DNA from: a virus
Strand: one strand, 5' to 3'
DNA: 64,000 nucleotides
Virus record (IMG/VR): IMGVR_UViG_3300049046_000039
Span: 1 to 64,000 of that record
Part shown: positions 29,119 through 38,335 of the stretch, piece by piece
How positions within the stretch are numbered: the stretch's first letter is position 1
Layout of the letters: each line of letters starts with the position of its first letter
Notes under the pieces: generated by a model
Told to the model about the DNA's origin: nothing
The model's database searches: none
Seen by the model: only the letters and a program-made list of their open reading frames with translations
Position numbers and translations under genes: made by a program

Positions 29119-29849
29119 TGGCCAACAAGGGCTTTAATGTTCAGGAGTTTAAGTCTGTTATCGACAGAGGTGGTGGCCTTAAGCTGGGCAGCCGCTTCCT
29201 AGTGGAGTTTCCCGTTCCTGAGTATCTCGAAAGAAACAGACGAGTTAAGAACAACGTCGGAGGTAGAGCAGGCAAGCTGTCTTTCTATTGTAAGGCTGCT
29301 GCAATTCCGGGTATTGGTGTCATGTCTGCAGACGTCTATAGATATGGATACGGTCCTATTGAGCGTAAGCCATACGGCACCGTGTTTAACGACGTCATGA
29401 TGATGTTCTACATCGACGGTGAAGGACAAGTAGACGAGTGGATGTACGAGTGGGTACGTTCTATCATCAACTTCAACATGGCTAACGGAATCGGCGGCGA
29501 GTTCTACAACATGGATCCTAGCGCTGAATTCGTAAGAGGAGCAGGTCCAGACGTAGAGCCTTACTTCTTCAGATACAAGAAGGAGTACGCAGTAGACCTT
29601 AAGATCACGACGTTCGATCCCGAAGGTCGCTTCGAGAAAGCAATAGTTCTTTCGGAGTGCTATCCAAACTACATCGGCGACAAGCAGGTAGACTGGGATG
29701 AGAAGAACCAGCTCACCATGCTTCCAGTGTCGTTTACGTTTAAAGACTGGTATCCCGAGAGATATCAGACCGGCCCTAGAATCGAGTTCACGGACGACCC
29801 CAACGCAAATCAATCAACACCAGTACCAGATAGTAGTGATACTAAATAA
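29118..29849 (+). CDS. Tail tube initiator (gp54/gp19-like)
   Basis: C..A.IPG...YG..ER.PY...F.D...FY.D; L.ECYP.......W...V.F.F. Confidence 0.65.
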   Translation: MANKGFNVQEFKSVIDRGGGLKLGSRFLVEFPVPEYLERNRRVKNNVGGRAGKLSFYCKAAAIPGIGVMSADVYRYGYGPIERKPYGTVFNDVMMMFYIDGEGQVDEWMYEWVRSIINFNMANGIGGEFYNMDPSAEFVRGAGPDVEPYFFRYKKEYAVDLKITTFDPEGRFEKAIVLSECYPNYIGDKQVDWDEKNQLTMLPVSFTFKDWYPERYQTGPRIEFTDDPNANQSTPVPDSSDTK

Positions 29850-29861
29850 GGAAATATCGTA

Positions 29862-30566
29862 ATGCCACTACCAAAGACATCTCACCCTCTGTTTGAGATG
29901 ACAATGCCATCTACAGGTAAGAACGTACTATACAGACAGATGCTAGTCAAGGATGAGAAGATCCTTCTTATGGCCAAGGCCAGTGAAGACGAAGCTGATA
30001 TCTACCGAGCAGTAAAGCAGGTCGTTAACAACTGCCTTATAGAAGTAGACGTAGACTCTCTTACTACTTTCGACATCGAGTACGTATTCCTTAAGATAAG
30101 AAGCATCTCTATTGGAGATCAAGTAAGTCTCTCTTTCCGAGATATGGAAGACGAAGAGAAGTACGACTTTGTCGTAGATCTAGACGACGTAGAGATTCTA
30201 TATCCAGAAGACGCCGACAGCGTCGTAAAAGTTAGCGATGAAGTATCGATTAAGCTTAGGTATCCACCAGCAAAGTTGTTCGATGATGCTAAGGCAATTA
30301 AGGACACCGAAGAAGCTTACGAGTGGATCGCTTCGAAGTGTATCGAGACTATATTTGAAGGCGACGACGTTTATCTTGCAGAAGACTACAATGACGAAGA
30401 GCTGCTAGAGTACGTTCTAAACTTAGACACTAAGTCGTACTCTAAGGTCAAGAAATTCATCGGAAGCATGCCTCGCCTAAACTACGTGATCGAGTACACC
30501 AACTCCAAGGGGACTCCTCGAAAGATTAGTCTGACTACGTTAACTGATTTTTTTACGTTGCGCTAA
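29862..30566 (+). CDS. gp26: Baseplate hub assembly protein gp26
   Basis: MPLPK...P.F....PSTGK...YR..LVK.EKILL.A; FDIEY.FLKIRS.S.G; ends TDFF. Confidence 0.88.
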   Translation: MPLPKTSHPLFEMTMPSTGKNVLYRQMLVKDEKILLMAKASEDEADIYRAVKQVVNNCLIEVDVDSLTTFDIEYVFLKIRSISIGDQVSLSFRDMEDEEKYDFVVDLDDVEILYPEDADSVVKVSDEVSIKLRYPPAKLFDDAKAIKDTEEAYEWIASKCIETIFEGDDVYLAEDYNDEELLEYVLNLDTKSYSKVKKFIGSMPRLNYVIEYTNSKGTPRKISLTTLTDFFTLR

Positions 30567-30733
30567 GTCATAATACCCTTGAAGATCACCTCCAGTTGAT
30601 GTTCGCACTTGAACAGCATCATAAATACTTGACAAGCGAGGTTGAGAATTGGATAGTCTTCGAGAAAGACATTAAAGTCGACATGTTGATACAACTTCTA
30701 GAAAAGCAGAGAAATGATGAAAGAGGAGTTTAA
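30548..30733 (+). CDS. gp51: gp51-like baseplate hub catalyst segment, in the -1 frame relative to gp26
   Basis: LSHNTLEDHLQLMFALEQHHKY..SEVENWIVFEKDI...L; entered at T_TTT_TTT; not in ORF track. Confidence 0.75.
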   Translation, partial: FFYVALSHNTLEDHLQLMFALEQHHKYLTSEVENWIVFEKDIKVDMLIQLLEKQRNDERGV

Positions 30734-30738
30734 GCATC

Positions 30739-31065
30739 ATGGAAGACGATCACATCGAGGATATAAGCTTTAACGAGCACTCTCAACACACGCACCCCGC
30801 GCCTCCACCACCTACCACACTGTCACCAGTAGACTCTCGCTTAGATTCTAAGCAGGTCGAAGAGATATGGGATGGGCGTAGAAGAATAGCGTGGATCGCT
30901 CTATTCGCGATGATAATTCCAACGTTCTACATCATTGGATTCGTAACCTCTGTTCCTCTTATAACTCAGTTCGCCGAGCTTCTAACTTGGTTCTACCTAG
31001 CCATGGCTTCTATAGTTTGCGCTTTCTTCGGATTCAGCAGCTGGGCTAACATGAAGGGTAAGTAA
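30739..31065 (+). CDS. Two-TM membrane protein
   Basis: RRIAWIALFAM... and FYLAMASIVCAFFGF hydrophobic helices. Confidence 0.7.
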   Translation: MEDDHIEDISFNEHSQHTHPAPPPPTTLSPVDSRLDSKQVEEIWDGRRRIAWIALFAMIIPTFYIIGFVTSVPLITQFAELLTWFYLAMASIVCAFFGFSSWANMKGK

Positions 31066-33044
31066 TGTTTCCTACGATATCAGATCTAAATAAGCCGACA
31101 AACGATAACGACGGTGTAGTTATTAGAGCAGCTAATGACTCATACCTCGAGAAGTCGATGTCTTCAACTTTAGATCGAGTCATAACCAAGCACAATCTAC
31201 ATACCGATAAGAAGTTAAACGCCGTCAACGATAAAGTGGACGCCATAGTTTCTACTATGGGTAAGCTTATCGACAAGTTTAACTACAACGCTGGAGCTCC
31301 TAGATGGATCGAGCGTCGAAATGGTATCAATGACAACGACGTAGTTCCTGACGCTCTTGGATCTGTTACAGATCAGACTGGTATTGTAAGTCGAACCATG
31401 GATAGAATCATGGACCGACACAACTATCACGACTACAGTAAGAACAAGGCTAACGACAACTATCGCGACGTTCTTGGCGACTACCTCTTTATGCCAGAAG
31501 AGCTACCTGAGTTTGCTAACGACTGGAAGTCAGGTAAGAAGAAGCCTGACATCTACGGTCATACGTCTAGACTAAAGCCAGCCACCGCTCAGAGAGCAAA
31601 GTCTTCGAGAAGAAAGTCTGAAGACTCTGACAATTATTCTAATGAAGAGATGATAGATGTTCTACACAGCATTGAGGCCAACACGGCCGAGACTGCTTCT
31701 CTTCTTACTATGTTAGTTGGCTCTTTTGACGAGGCGGGTATAGACAATCTAAGAAGACAAGAGTATGAGAGAGAAGAGGCACTAAACTCTAAAGCAAGCT
31801 CGGCTGTCTCTACTGAAAATGGTAGCGAAAGAGAAGACAAGAAGGAAGAGTCTCAAAGCTGGCTTAAGACTGGAATAATGGCAGCTCTAGGTGGCGCTGG
31901 GATACTAACAACAGGTGCCGAAGACGCTCTAAACAATCTCCCAGAAAACGCTACACCAGAACAAAAGGCAAAAGCACTACAGAGTGGATTAGCTGGTGGT
32001 ATTGGTGCCGCGCTTGGTGTTAAGCCTGAATATATTGCTGATCTTCAGTCGCAGATTACCGGTGGTGGAAAAGACGTTGGTCCTACTGTTACTGGTAATT
32101 TTACAGGTAGAGAAGCTGCGTTTATCGACATGATCTCTAGAAGAGAGGGTGCTGGATACGACACGGAATTTGATAACGGTAATTACGGTAGCGCTGAAAA
32201 GATGTTTGGTAAGAAGCTGTCCGAGCTTACTATAGAAGAAGCTCAGCAACTACAAAAACAAATAAACAAGAACACTAGAGCGGCTGGTATAGGACGAAAC
32301 TCTAGAGGCCAGATAGTGGGAACTAGCGCTATAGGTAAGGGTCAGTGGATTTCTGGAACTATGGTTGAAACACTAGAGGGTATGGGCTACACTAAAGATC
32401 AGTTTAGCACTCTTAAGTTTACACCAGAGCTACAAGACAGAATGATACTAAGTACTGCTATTAAGAAGAGAGGTCTCGATCCAAACAAGATCGACCAGTG
32501 GTCTAACAGCGATCTAGTAAAGCTCGGTCTTGAGTGGGAATCTTTAGACGTATCTAAAGGTAAGATAAGCATGGGCGACCTAAAAGAAGAAATTAAGAAG
32601 ATAGCTTCAGCATCTACAGCACGCCGTGCTGGTGGAGTCACTCCACTGACACCTAAGAGTGAAGTTGAGAGCGAGTCTAGCTTCTTAGGTGGTCTATTTA
32701 AGACTAAGAGAACTAAAGACAAGGGCGACAGCTGGGCTGACACGGCCTTTCAGTTCACGTCAAAGATTATGCAAGTATATGATGACGTGACTGATAATGG
32801 GTTGTTTGTTATTAAGAAAGACTCACCTACAGCTAGAAAGCTTGAGAGCACTATAGCTCCTAGAGGTAAGGCTCTAAATCAAACATCTCAGGCAGCTCAA
32901 GGCTCTAAGAAAGACAAACCTGTAGTCATAAACAACACGACTAACGTTGCTGCCGGCGGTAAAGCTACGTCAGCTCCAAAAGGAAAGCCCGCGACTCAAC
33001 CAAAGCCTTCGCTCTGGGAGCAGTTTACTGACTGGTTTGACTAA
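31065..33044 (+). CDS. Tape-measure/hub-like virion protein with a lysozyme-like (lambda-R/GH104-type) domain
   Basis: Follows gp26/51; AFIDMISRREG.GYD, TSAIGKGQ, FTPELQD, L..EWESL; VVINNTTNV tail. Confidence 0.65.
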   Translation: MFPTISDLNKPTNDNDGVVIRAANDSYLEKSMSSTLDRVITKHNLHTDKKLNAVNDKVDAIVSTMGKLIDKFNYNAGAPRWIERRNGINDNDVVPDALGSVTDQTGIVSRTMDRIMDRHNYHDYSKNKANDNYRDVLGDYLFMPEELPEFANDWKSGKKKPDIYGHTSRLKPATAQRAKSSRRKSEDSDNYSNEEMIDVLHSIEANTAETASLLTMLVGSFDEAGIDNLRRQEYEREEALNSKASSAVSTENGSEREDKKEESQSWLKTGIMAALGGAGILTTGAEDALNNLPENATPEQKAKALQSGLAGGIGAALGVKPEYIADLQSQITGGGKDVGPTVTGNFTGREAAFIDMISRREGAGYDTEFDNGNYGSAEKMFGKKLSELTIEEAQQLQKQINKNTRAAGIGRNSRGQIVGTSAIGKGQWISGTMVETLEGMGYTKDQFSTLKFTPELQDRMILSTAIKKRGLDPNKIDQWSNSDLVKLGLEWESLDVSKGKISMGDLKEEIKKIASASTARRAGGVTPLTPKSEVESESSFLGGLFKTKRTKDKGDSWADTAFQFTSKIMQVYDDVTDNGLFVIKKDSPTARKLESTIAPRGKALNQTSQAAQGSKKDKPVVINNTTNVAAGGKATSAPKGKPATQPKPSLWEQFTDWFD

Positions 33045-33420
33045 TACCTTCCACGTCTCGCGAGTAGTCTTTAACAAATCTCGCGAGCTCTTGCTGAGTG
33101 GGTATCATTCTTAGATCGTATTCTTCGATCAAGTTGGCCTGCTCTTCAGTAAAACGAAAGCCTTGATCCTTGTACGTTCTAGCGATCTGAAAGTATGTCT
33201 CTTTCAAATGGCAGTCGCTCTGCGATCCATCTTGACACGCAAGAACTGAAGAATAAGTTAGTGCGGCTAGGCCTACAGGAGTCACTTCAGTCAGAGCTTG
33301 ATCTAACGAAGGATTGACTATACCCTTTACTTCGTCTTCTGTTGAAGACGTAACAACGTCTTCCTGAACGCTACATCCTGCTACTAATAGAGCTACGGCA
33401 GCGATTACAAACTTATTCAT
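33025..33420 (-). CDS. Lipoprotein, paralog 1
   Basis: Signal peptide with lipobox VAGC. Confidence 0.8.
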   Translation of the reverse strand: MNKFVIAAVALLVAGCSVQEDVVTSSTEDEVKGIVNPSLDQALTEVTPVGLAALTYSSVLACQDGSQSDCHLKETYFQIARTYKDQGFRFTEEQANLIEEYDLRMIPTQQELARFVKDYSRDVEGISQTSQ

Positions 33421-33442
33421 AAATTCACCTCAGCAAATAAGA

Positions 33443-33805
33443 TTAAGGATTGTTAGCCTCTATCTCTCTTCCCTTGTCGACGTAGTCTTCAAGTTCGTCG
33501 AGTGACGGCAAGACTCGAAGTCCATGCCTATTGAAGAACTGCATTTGTTGGTCGCTAAACTGATAATCCTGCTGCTTGTACGTCTCGTATATCTGAAGAT
33601 ACAGCATCTTCATCTCGCAGTCCTGCTCCAAGCCGCGATTGCAGCGCTGGTGCATACCATAAGAAATGGCTAGCAAACCATCGGCCGTGACTTCAGTCAT
33701 AGCCTTCTCATAGTCTGGGTTGTCCATGTCCATAGCCGACTCGCCCTGTTGGACATTACAAGCCGACATTAGTAGACTTGCTGTCGCAATCAAAAATATG
33801 CGCAT
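33443..33805 (-). CDS. Lipoprotein, paralog 2
   Basis: Lipobox MSAC; promoter GTTTACA-N17-TATAAT at 33827-33856. Confidence 0.8.
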   Translation of the reverse strand: MRIFLIATASLLMSACNVQQGESAMDMDNPDYEKAMTEVTADGLLAISYGMHQRCNRGLEQDCEMKMLYLQIYETYKQQDYQFSDQQMQFFNRHGLRVLPSLDELEDYVDKGREIEANNP

Positions 33806-33878
33806 AGTTAAATTCCTTCCATTCCCATTATATCACGATTTAGAATATTTGTAAACATATTTTATATCGTTTGAATAC

Positions 33879-33910
33879 AAAAAAGGGGAGCGCTTGGAGG
33901 CGCTCCCCTT
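33879..33910 (-). terminator. Intrinsic terminator after gp32
   Basis: AAGGGGAGCGC/GCGCTCCCCTT followed by a T tract. Confidence 0.85.
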
Positions 33911-33931
33911 AGTACGAGGTACTTATTGTTC

Positions 33932-34876
33932 TTAGTCAGCCGCGAGATTCTTGAAGAAGTCGAGGCCGTCGTCATCGTCAGAACCAGTGTTCCAAGGAAG
34001 ATCGTCGTCAGAGCTCGAAGAAGGAAGAGCTGTAGCTTCCATAGAAGGAGCTACGTCATCCTCGTCCTCGATAGTTCTACGAGAGTTAGCCGCTGCACGC
34101 TGATGAGCGGCAGTGTTCTGATCACCCAGGCCTAGAACCATCTCAAGCTTACGCTTAAGTTCGTCATAGCTCTTGAACTGGTCAGGAGCGATAACTGCCT
34201 CGAGGCTGTGGCAAGACTTCCAGATAGCTTCGAGAGCGTCGTCGTCACCGGCGATCGCACTTGGCTCGTCGAACTCAGACTTATCGTAGTTACGATAGCC
34301 TTCGACCTGACGAATCTTAAGCTTGAAGTCCGCACCTTCCCAGAGGTCGAACGGGTTCATCGGCGTTTCATCTTCAAACTCAGGGTTCATCTTCTCGTTG
34401 AGCTTATTGAAGATCTTCTTACCGTACTTGTACTTGAAGACCTTACCCTCGTTCTCGGGATTAGCCGAGTCCTTAATGACGAGAATGTTAGATATGAAGT
34501 GGAGGCGGCGCTTCTGGTTACGAGCCTGCTTACGTTCAGGAGAGTTATCGTCCTGAGAAGCGTTCCAGAGCTTGCCGTTGAATTGGGCGACAGGGTCTTC
34601 CTGTCCGATAGAGGTCAGACTCTTCTCGATGTACCACTTACCGGTCGGGCCTTGGAAGCCATGGTCCCAGTAGCGTACGTAAGGGGCAGATTCGCCCGGA
34701 GGAGCTGGAAGGAATCGAATAACAGCGTAACCATTACCAGCCTTATCGACGGTGGGTGCCCAGAAGCTCTCGTCCTTGGAGCGTTCATTACCCTTGGTTA
34801 GCTTTTCGAGATCGGCTGCGAGAGAAGCAGCGCTAGACTTACGGTTCTTTTTTAGATCAGCAAAACTTGATGCCAT
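33932..34876 (-). CDS. gp32: Single-stranded DNA-binding protein gp32
   Basis: DKAGNGYAVIRFLP, HGFQGP.GKWYIE, GADFKLKIRQVEGYRNYDKSEF, acidic tail. Confidence 0.97.
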   Translation of the reverse strand: MASSFADLKKNRKSSAASLAADLEKLTKGNERSKDESFWAPTVDKAGNGYAVIRFLPAPPGESAPYVRYWDHGFQGPTGKWYIEKSLTSIGQEDPVAQFNGKLWNASQDDNSPERKQARNQKRRLHFISNILVIKDSANPENEGKVFKYKYGKKIFNKLNEKMNPEFEDETPMNPFDLWEGADFKLKIRQVEGYRNYDKSEFDEPSAIAGDDDALEAIWKSCHSLEAVIAPDQFKSYDELKRKLEMVLGLGDQNTAAHQRAAANSRRTIEDEDDVAPSMEATALPSSSSDDDLPWNTGSDDDDGLDFFKNLAAD

Positions 34877-34996
34877 TGTATTTTCCTGTATGATTTGTAT
34901 GTTGTTGTATATGATTTGTATAGCATGTCACTTCACCATAATGTAAATGCAGCAAGAGTTTGCTCCCTCGTGGGCCAGCCTTATCTTGCTGCATTG

Positions 34997-35027
34997 TATT
35001 TATATCACAGTAATGCAAGAATGTCAA
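34997..35027 (-). promoter_or_regulatory. Overlapping sigma70-like and late promoter for gp32
   Basis: TTGACA-N17-TATAAATA. Confidence 0.75.
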
Positions 35028-36397
35028 CCATTTTTTGCATTATTTCTCACTTGCTCAAACGTGACTTGATTTTGAAGAGCTCCGTTTCTGAAGCGAGTCT
35101 TCAATAGAGAAGGACCGACTGGAGCTCCAGTCTCTAACTTGATTGTTCTATACTCGTCACCTACTTTAATAAGGTCGAGCATTCCGCGCTTAGACTTCTT
35201 GCCCGGGTCGGTAATCGGGTCCTTATATACGTCTCTCCATTCGCCGTCGACGCAGATCGCCGAGCACTTCATTGCAAACTTCAGAGTATCACGATTGACC
35301 TGCTGAAGCAGGGCGCCACCTTGACCAAAGGTAACATTGTCTGCACTATAGTTAGCCATCTCGAGAGAGTACAGAATAGACCTGATGCTAGAGTGGTCGA
35401 TTCCGTCGCCTTGGATGACTCTTACATTATTGAGGACTCTAAACCCTTTATCATTGACAGTGTGACCGAAGTACTTGTCAAGGATTTGAACGCACTTGGT
35501 AACGACCGCAGCCGGGTCGCCCGAGTCGGGACGGACTACCAAAGTAGCCCCGCTCTTAAGCACCTGGTCCTTAAGGATGGTGCCCCACATCTTGCACGCT
35601 TCGAAGATACTGTAGCTGTCGCTAACACATGCGACCAAGCCACCTGGTTTTGCGTGCTTCTGTAAGATGTTGCTGTAGGCTCTAGCCTCGTTCTCTCGAC
35701 CCCAGCTAGTGATGGTAGAGTGCTCTGAAGCAGGAATGCTGAAGCCTACGATGTCTTTAGTATTGTAGTACTTTCTCGCGAAGAGAAGAGATTCGACTGT
35801 GTCGGTTCCCATAAAGTTGATGAGGTGAGCCAGGCCGCCGATGCCGGCAGACTCTAGACTCGAAACACCTCGAGCGCCGAAGTCGTGAAGCTTGAAGTCG
35901 ATTAGAGAAGGATCGCCGGTTCTCTCGAGAGCGTTGAGGATGATCTTCTTGCTATAGTAGCTGTTAGTGGCTACGGTGGTAGGATACCAGATAGCTCTGA
36001 GCAGCGCTGTCTCGAGAAAAGATACTAACCACCAGCACTTCGGGTCGGTGTTCCAGATGTCTACGAGAACATTGCTGGTTGGGAGAATAGTTCCCTCGTC
36101 TACACCCCGGATGTTGACTGGCAGGAATCCGTCGTGTTCATAGACGATGTACTCCCAGCCTTCGCGATAGAAGGGAAGTCCGTGTGCTGTAATGACTGCT
36201 TCGGCTTCGTCGATCATTTCCATTGTGACCTGGTGTGACAGATACTCCTTGAGGAACATCTGAAGTCCGAAGTATACGGTATCGTCGTACTTACCGCCGC
36301 GCGACTCAATGTAAGAGTAGACGTACTCCGTCTTGTCGGGATACTGATTCCACTGACTGTACTTGTACGAGTCGCTGTTAAGAATGATGTTTTGCAT
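35024..36397 (-). CDS. nadV: Nicotinamide phosphoribosyltransferase
   Basis: DSYKYS, WYPTTVAT, KLHDFGARG, GTDT, SEHSTITSW, VRPDSGDP, QGDG, KDPITDPGKKSK.G. Confidence 0.95.
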   Translation of the reverse strand: MQNIILNSDSYKYSQWNQYPDKTEYVYSYIESRGGKYDDTVYFGLQMFLKEYLSHQVTMEMIDEAEAVITAHGLPFYREGWEYIVYEHDGFLPVNIRGVDEGTILPTSNVLVDIWNTDPKCWWLVSFLETALLRAIWYPTTVATNSYYSKKIILNALERTGDPSLIDFKLHDFGARGVSSLESAGIGGLAHLINFMGTDTVESLLFARKYYNTKDIVGFSIPASEHSTITSWGRENEARAYSNILQKHAKPGGLVACVSDSYSIFEACKMWGTILKDQVLKSGATLVVRPDSGDPAAVVTKCVQILDKYFGHTVNDKGFRVLNNVRVIQGDGIDHSSIRSILYSLEMANYSADNVTFGQGGALLQQVNRDTLKFAMKCSAICVDGEWRDVYKDPITDPGKKSKRGMLDLIKVGDEYRTIKLETGAPVGPSLLKTRFRNGALQNQVTFEQVRNNAKNG

Positions 36398-36440
36398 TGT
36401 AAAACTCCTTTACAAGATGTAGCTAAGCGTCTATCGCTTA
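36395..36440 (-). promoter_or_regulatory. Two-hairpin cis-regulatory RNA motif before nadV
   Basis: TAAGCG-ATAGA-CGCTTA ... TTGTAAA-GGAGT-TTTACAA(TG). Confidence 0.7.
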
Positions 36441-37496
36441 ACCTTTAATAGCTGGGATGAAGTGTTGAATGATGTCGAAGTGATCGTCGAACAGAAAGTC
36501 TCGCTTGATCTGCGAGATGGGGAACCACTTAGCCTTCTCGGCGTCGTCACTTCCTCTCACTCTCGGCAAGTTCCACTCACCGTCACTCAGACGGATGAAA
36601 CCAGCGAATGTTACAGACCTACCTAGAAGCGATCGACCTGGAGCAGCGAAGTGCTGAACTCTGTCGAGAGAACCACGAAGAACCTTATCTGGAACGTCGA
36701 TCTTGGTCTCTTCTCGAAGCTCTCGGAATATGCCGTCGACAGGATCGCGGTCTCTGTTAGCGTCGAAGTATCCACCAGGAAGAGCCCACAGACCCTTACC
36801 AGGAATCGACCTGCGCCTGATAAGAAGAACGTGTCCGGCCTGAACTACTACAGCGTCGCAGGTAACTCCTACGATGGGATACTCGTAGACTTCCTTCTTC
36901 TTTATGTAGTTGTCGATGAACTTCTTCTCTTCGACGATAGAGTCGTAGGTGTCCGCATCGAACTCGTCGAGGAACTCCATTACGGCTCCTGGAACGACGC
37001 CAGCGATAAAGCCGCGGTGCATGTTTGGATTGAAGTACATCTCGCGAATCTTAGTCGCGTCGAGGATGTCAGTGTGAGTGGTGTTATGGCGAGCCCACTG
37101 AGGAAACATGTTGAGGTAGCGACTGGTGTCGCCGTCTTTGGAGTATCCTATTAGGACGATCTCGCTGTCTTCTTTACAGTAGTTGGAGACGATAGACTGA
37201 ACTCGTTCTATCCACGCGTTGTCGTCGTAGATAGTGTCGATGTTAGGCTCGATCGTGACTCTGATTAGCTCACTGTTCTCTTCTTGCTTGCGCAAGTCCG
37301 CGATCGAGTACATTATCATGCACCGACGCTCTTCAAACGTAAACGGATTCTTGTGAGTTCTTGGTTGGTCTGCCGAACCGACTATGACCAGAACGCGATC
37401 TGCGATCTTAGAAGCTTCTACAATGGTCTTGAGGTGCGCATTATGTAGTGGCTGAAAGCGGCCAATGTACACCGCTAGCTTGTACTTTTTACTCAT
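36438..37496 (-). CDS. nadM: Bifunctional NMN adenylyltransferase / Nudix hydrolase
   Basis: IGRFQPLHNAH, KNPFTFEER; Nudix box WALPGG...RELREET; GSDDAEKAKW. Confidence 0.95.
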   Translation of the reverse strand: MSKKYKLAVYIGRFQPLHNAHLKTIVEASKIADRVLVIVGSADQPRTHKNPFTFEERRCMIMYSIADLRKQEENSELIRVTIEPNIDTIYDDNAWIERVQSIVSNYCKEDSEIVLIGYSKDGDTSRYLNMFPQWARHNTTHTDILDATKIREMYFNPNMHRGFIAGVVPGAVMEFLDEFDADTYDSIVEEKKFIDNYIKKKEVYEYPIVGVTCDAVVVQAGHVLLIRRRSIPGKGLWALPGGYFDANRDRDPVDGIFRELREETKIDVPDKVLRGSLDRVQHFAAPGRSLLGRSVTFAGFIRLSDGEWNLPRVRGSDDAEKAKWFPISQIKRDFLFDDHFDIIQHFIPAIKG

Positions 37497-37543
37497 ACAG
37501 CAAAACTCCTTTGCTTATCTTAAGGGCAAGTCTTTCTCGCCCT
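37494..37543 (-). promoter_or_regulatory. Two-hairpin cis-regulatory RNA motif before nadM-nudix
   Basis: AGGGCGAG-AAAGA-CTTGCCCT ... AGCAAA-GGAGT-TTTGCT; promoter TTGACA-N17-TATAGT at 37552-37580. Confidence 0.7.
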
Positions 37544-37560
37544 GTTACATTACTATATAT

Positions 37561-38148
37561 CTAATCACCATAAATGTCAATAACTATGTCGCGTAACTTT
37601 TTTGCGTCATATTGCATGAATGGATGATACTTACGTATCTTAAGAGCTACCTCCTGCCAGACTGGATCGAAGTCCATCTTGCGATTCCAGTAGTTGTAGC
37701 AACCGCTAAGGTGAACTAGAATTACTAAGGTTTCAAGACTGATCGACTGACGTAAGTATTCGCGGAGAAGGGGTGGATGCCTTCCGTCTCCAGCCCTAAA
37801 CATCTCGTCGAAGGACTGATAGGTCTCACTGAGCTTATTGACTTCCTCCTTGAACGTATAAGAAAGAGATTGGTTCCGTTTGGCCCAACTTCGATATACA
37901 GTCTCGGCGTTGTCGTTAGTCGTAAGTTCTCCGACCCATACTTTAGGATCGACAAGAAGGTTTGCAAGCATGAAGCCGAAGGGGTCTCTCTTCTTTGCCA
38001 GCTTCTCAAAATGGTATCTGTCGCGACGGGTATCAAATGACTTGGCACTGGCGGAAACTTTCCCTGCATACTTGTGGTAGTCATATGATTCTTTCGTTAG
38101 ATGATTCTTGAGTGCTAGGTAGGTCTTATAAACGTCGAATGGCTTCAT
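37561..38148 (-). CDS. gp59: Helicase loader gp59
   Basis: FDVYKTYLALKNH.T...YDY.KY.GK...F..R.DRY.FEKL; HPPLL..YL...ISLETL. Confidence 0.88.
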   Translation of the reverse strand: MKPFDVYKTYLALKNHLTKESYDYHKYAGKVSASAKSFDTRRDRYHFEKLAKKRDPFGFMLANLLVDPKVWVGELTTNDNAETVYRSWAKRNQSLSYTFKEEVNKLSETYQSFDEMFRAGDGRHPPLLREYLRQSISLETLVILVHLSGCYNYWNRKMDFDPVWQEVALKIRKYHPFMQYDAKKLRDIVIDIYGD

Positions 38149-38335
38149 CGTATGGCCCGTTATCGCACTTAGCACAAGTGCCCTTATAACGGCACGTGCC
38201 TGTTAAACATCTTATCTTTTCGAAAATTGTGGTTGGAATATACCACAGAGGGACTGGCGAGGTCTTACACTCGCACCATCTTCCCGTCTCAGTCATTTGA
38301 GTGTGTTGTTGGCAGCGTCCACAGAACCACTTCAT
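38126..38335 (-). CDS. Small Cys-rich hypothetical protein
   Basis: ATGA-coupled to gp33; multiple CxxC. Confidence 0.45.
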   Translation of the reverse strand: MKWFCGRCQQHTQMTETGRWCECKTSPVPLWYIPTTIFEKIRCLTGTCRYKGTCAKCDNGPYDEAIRRL

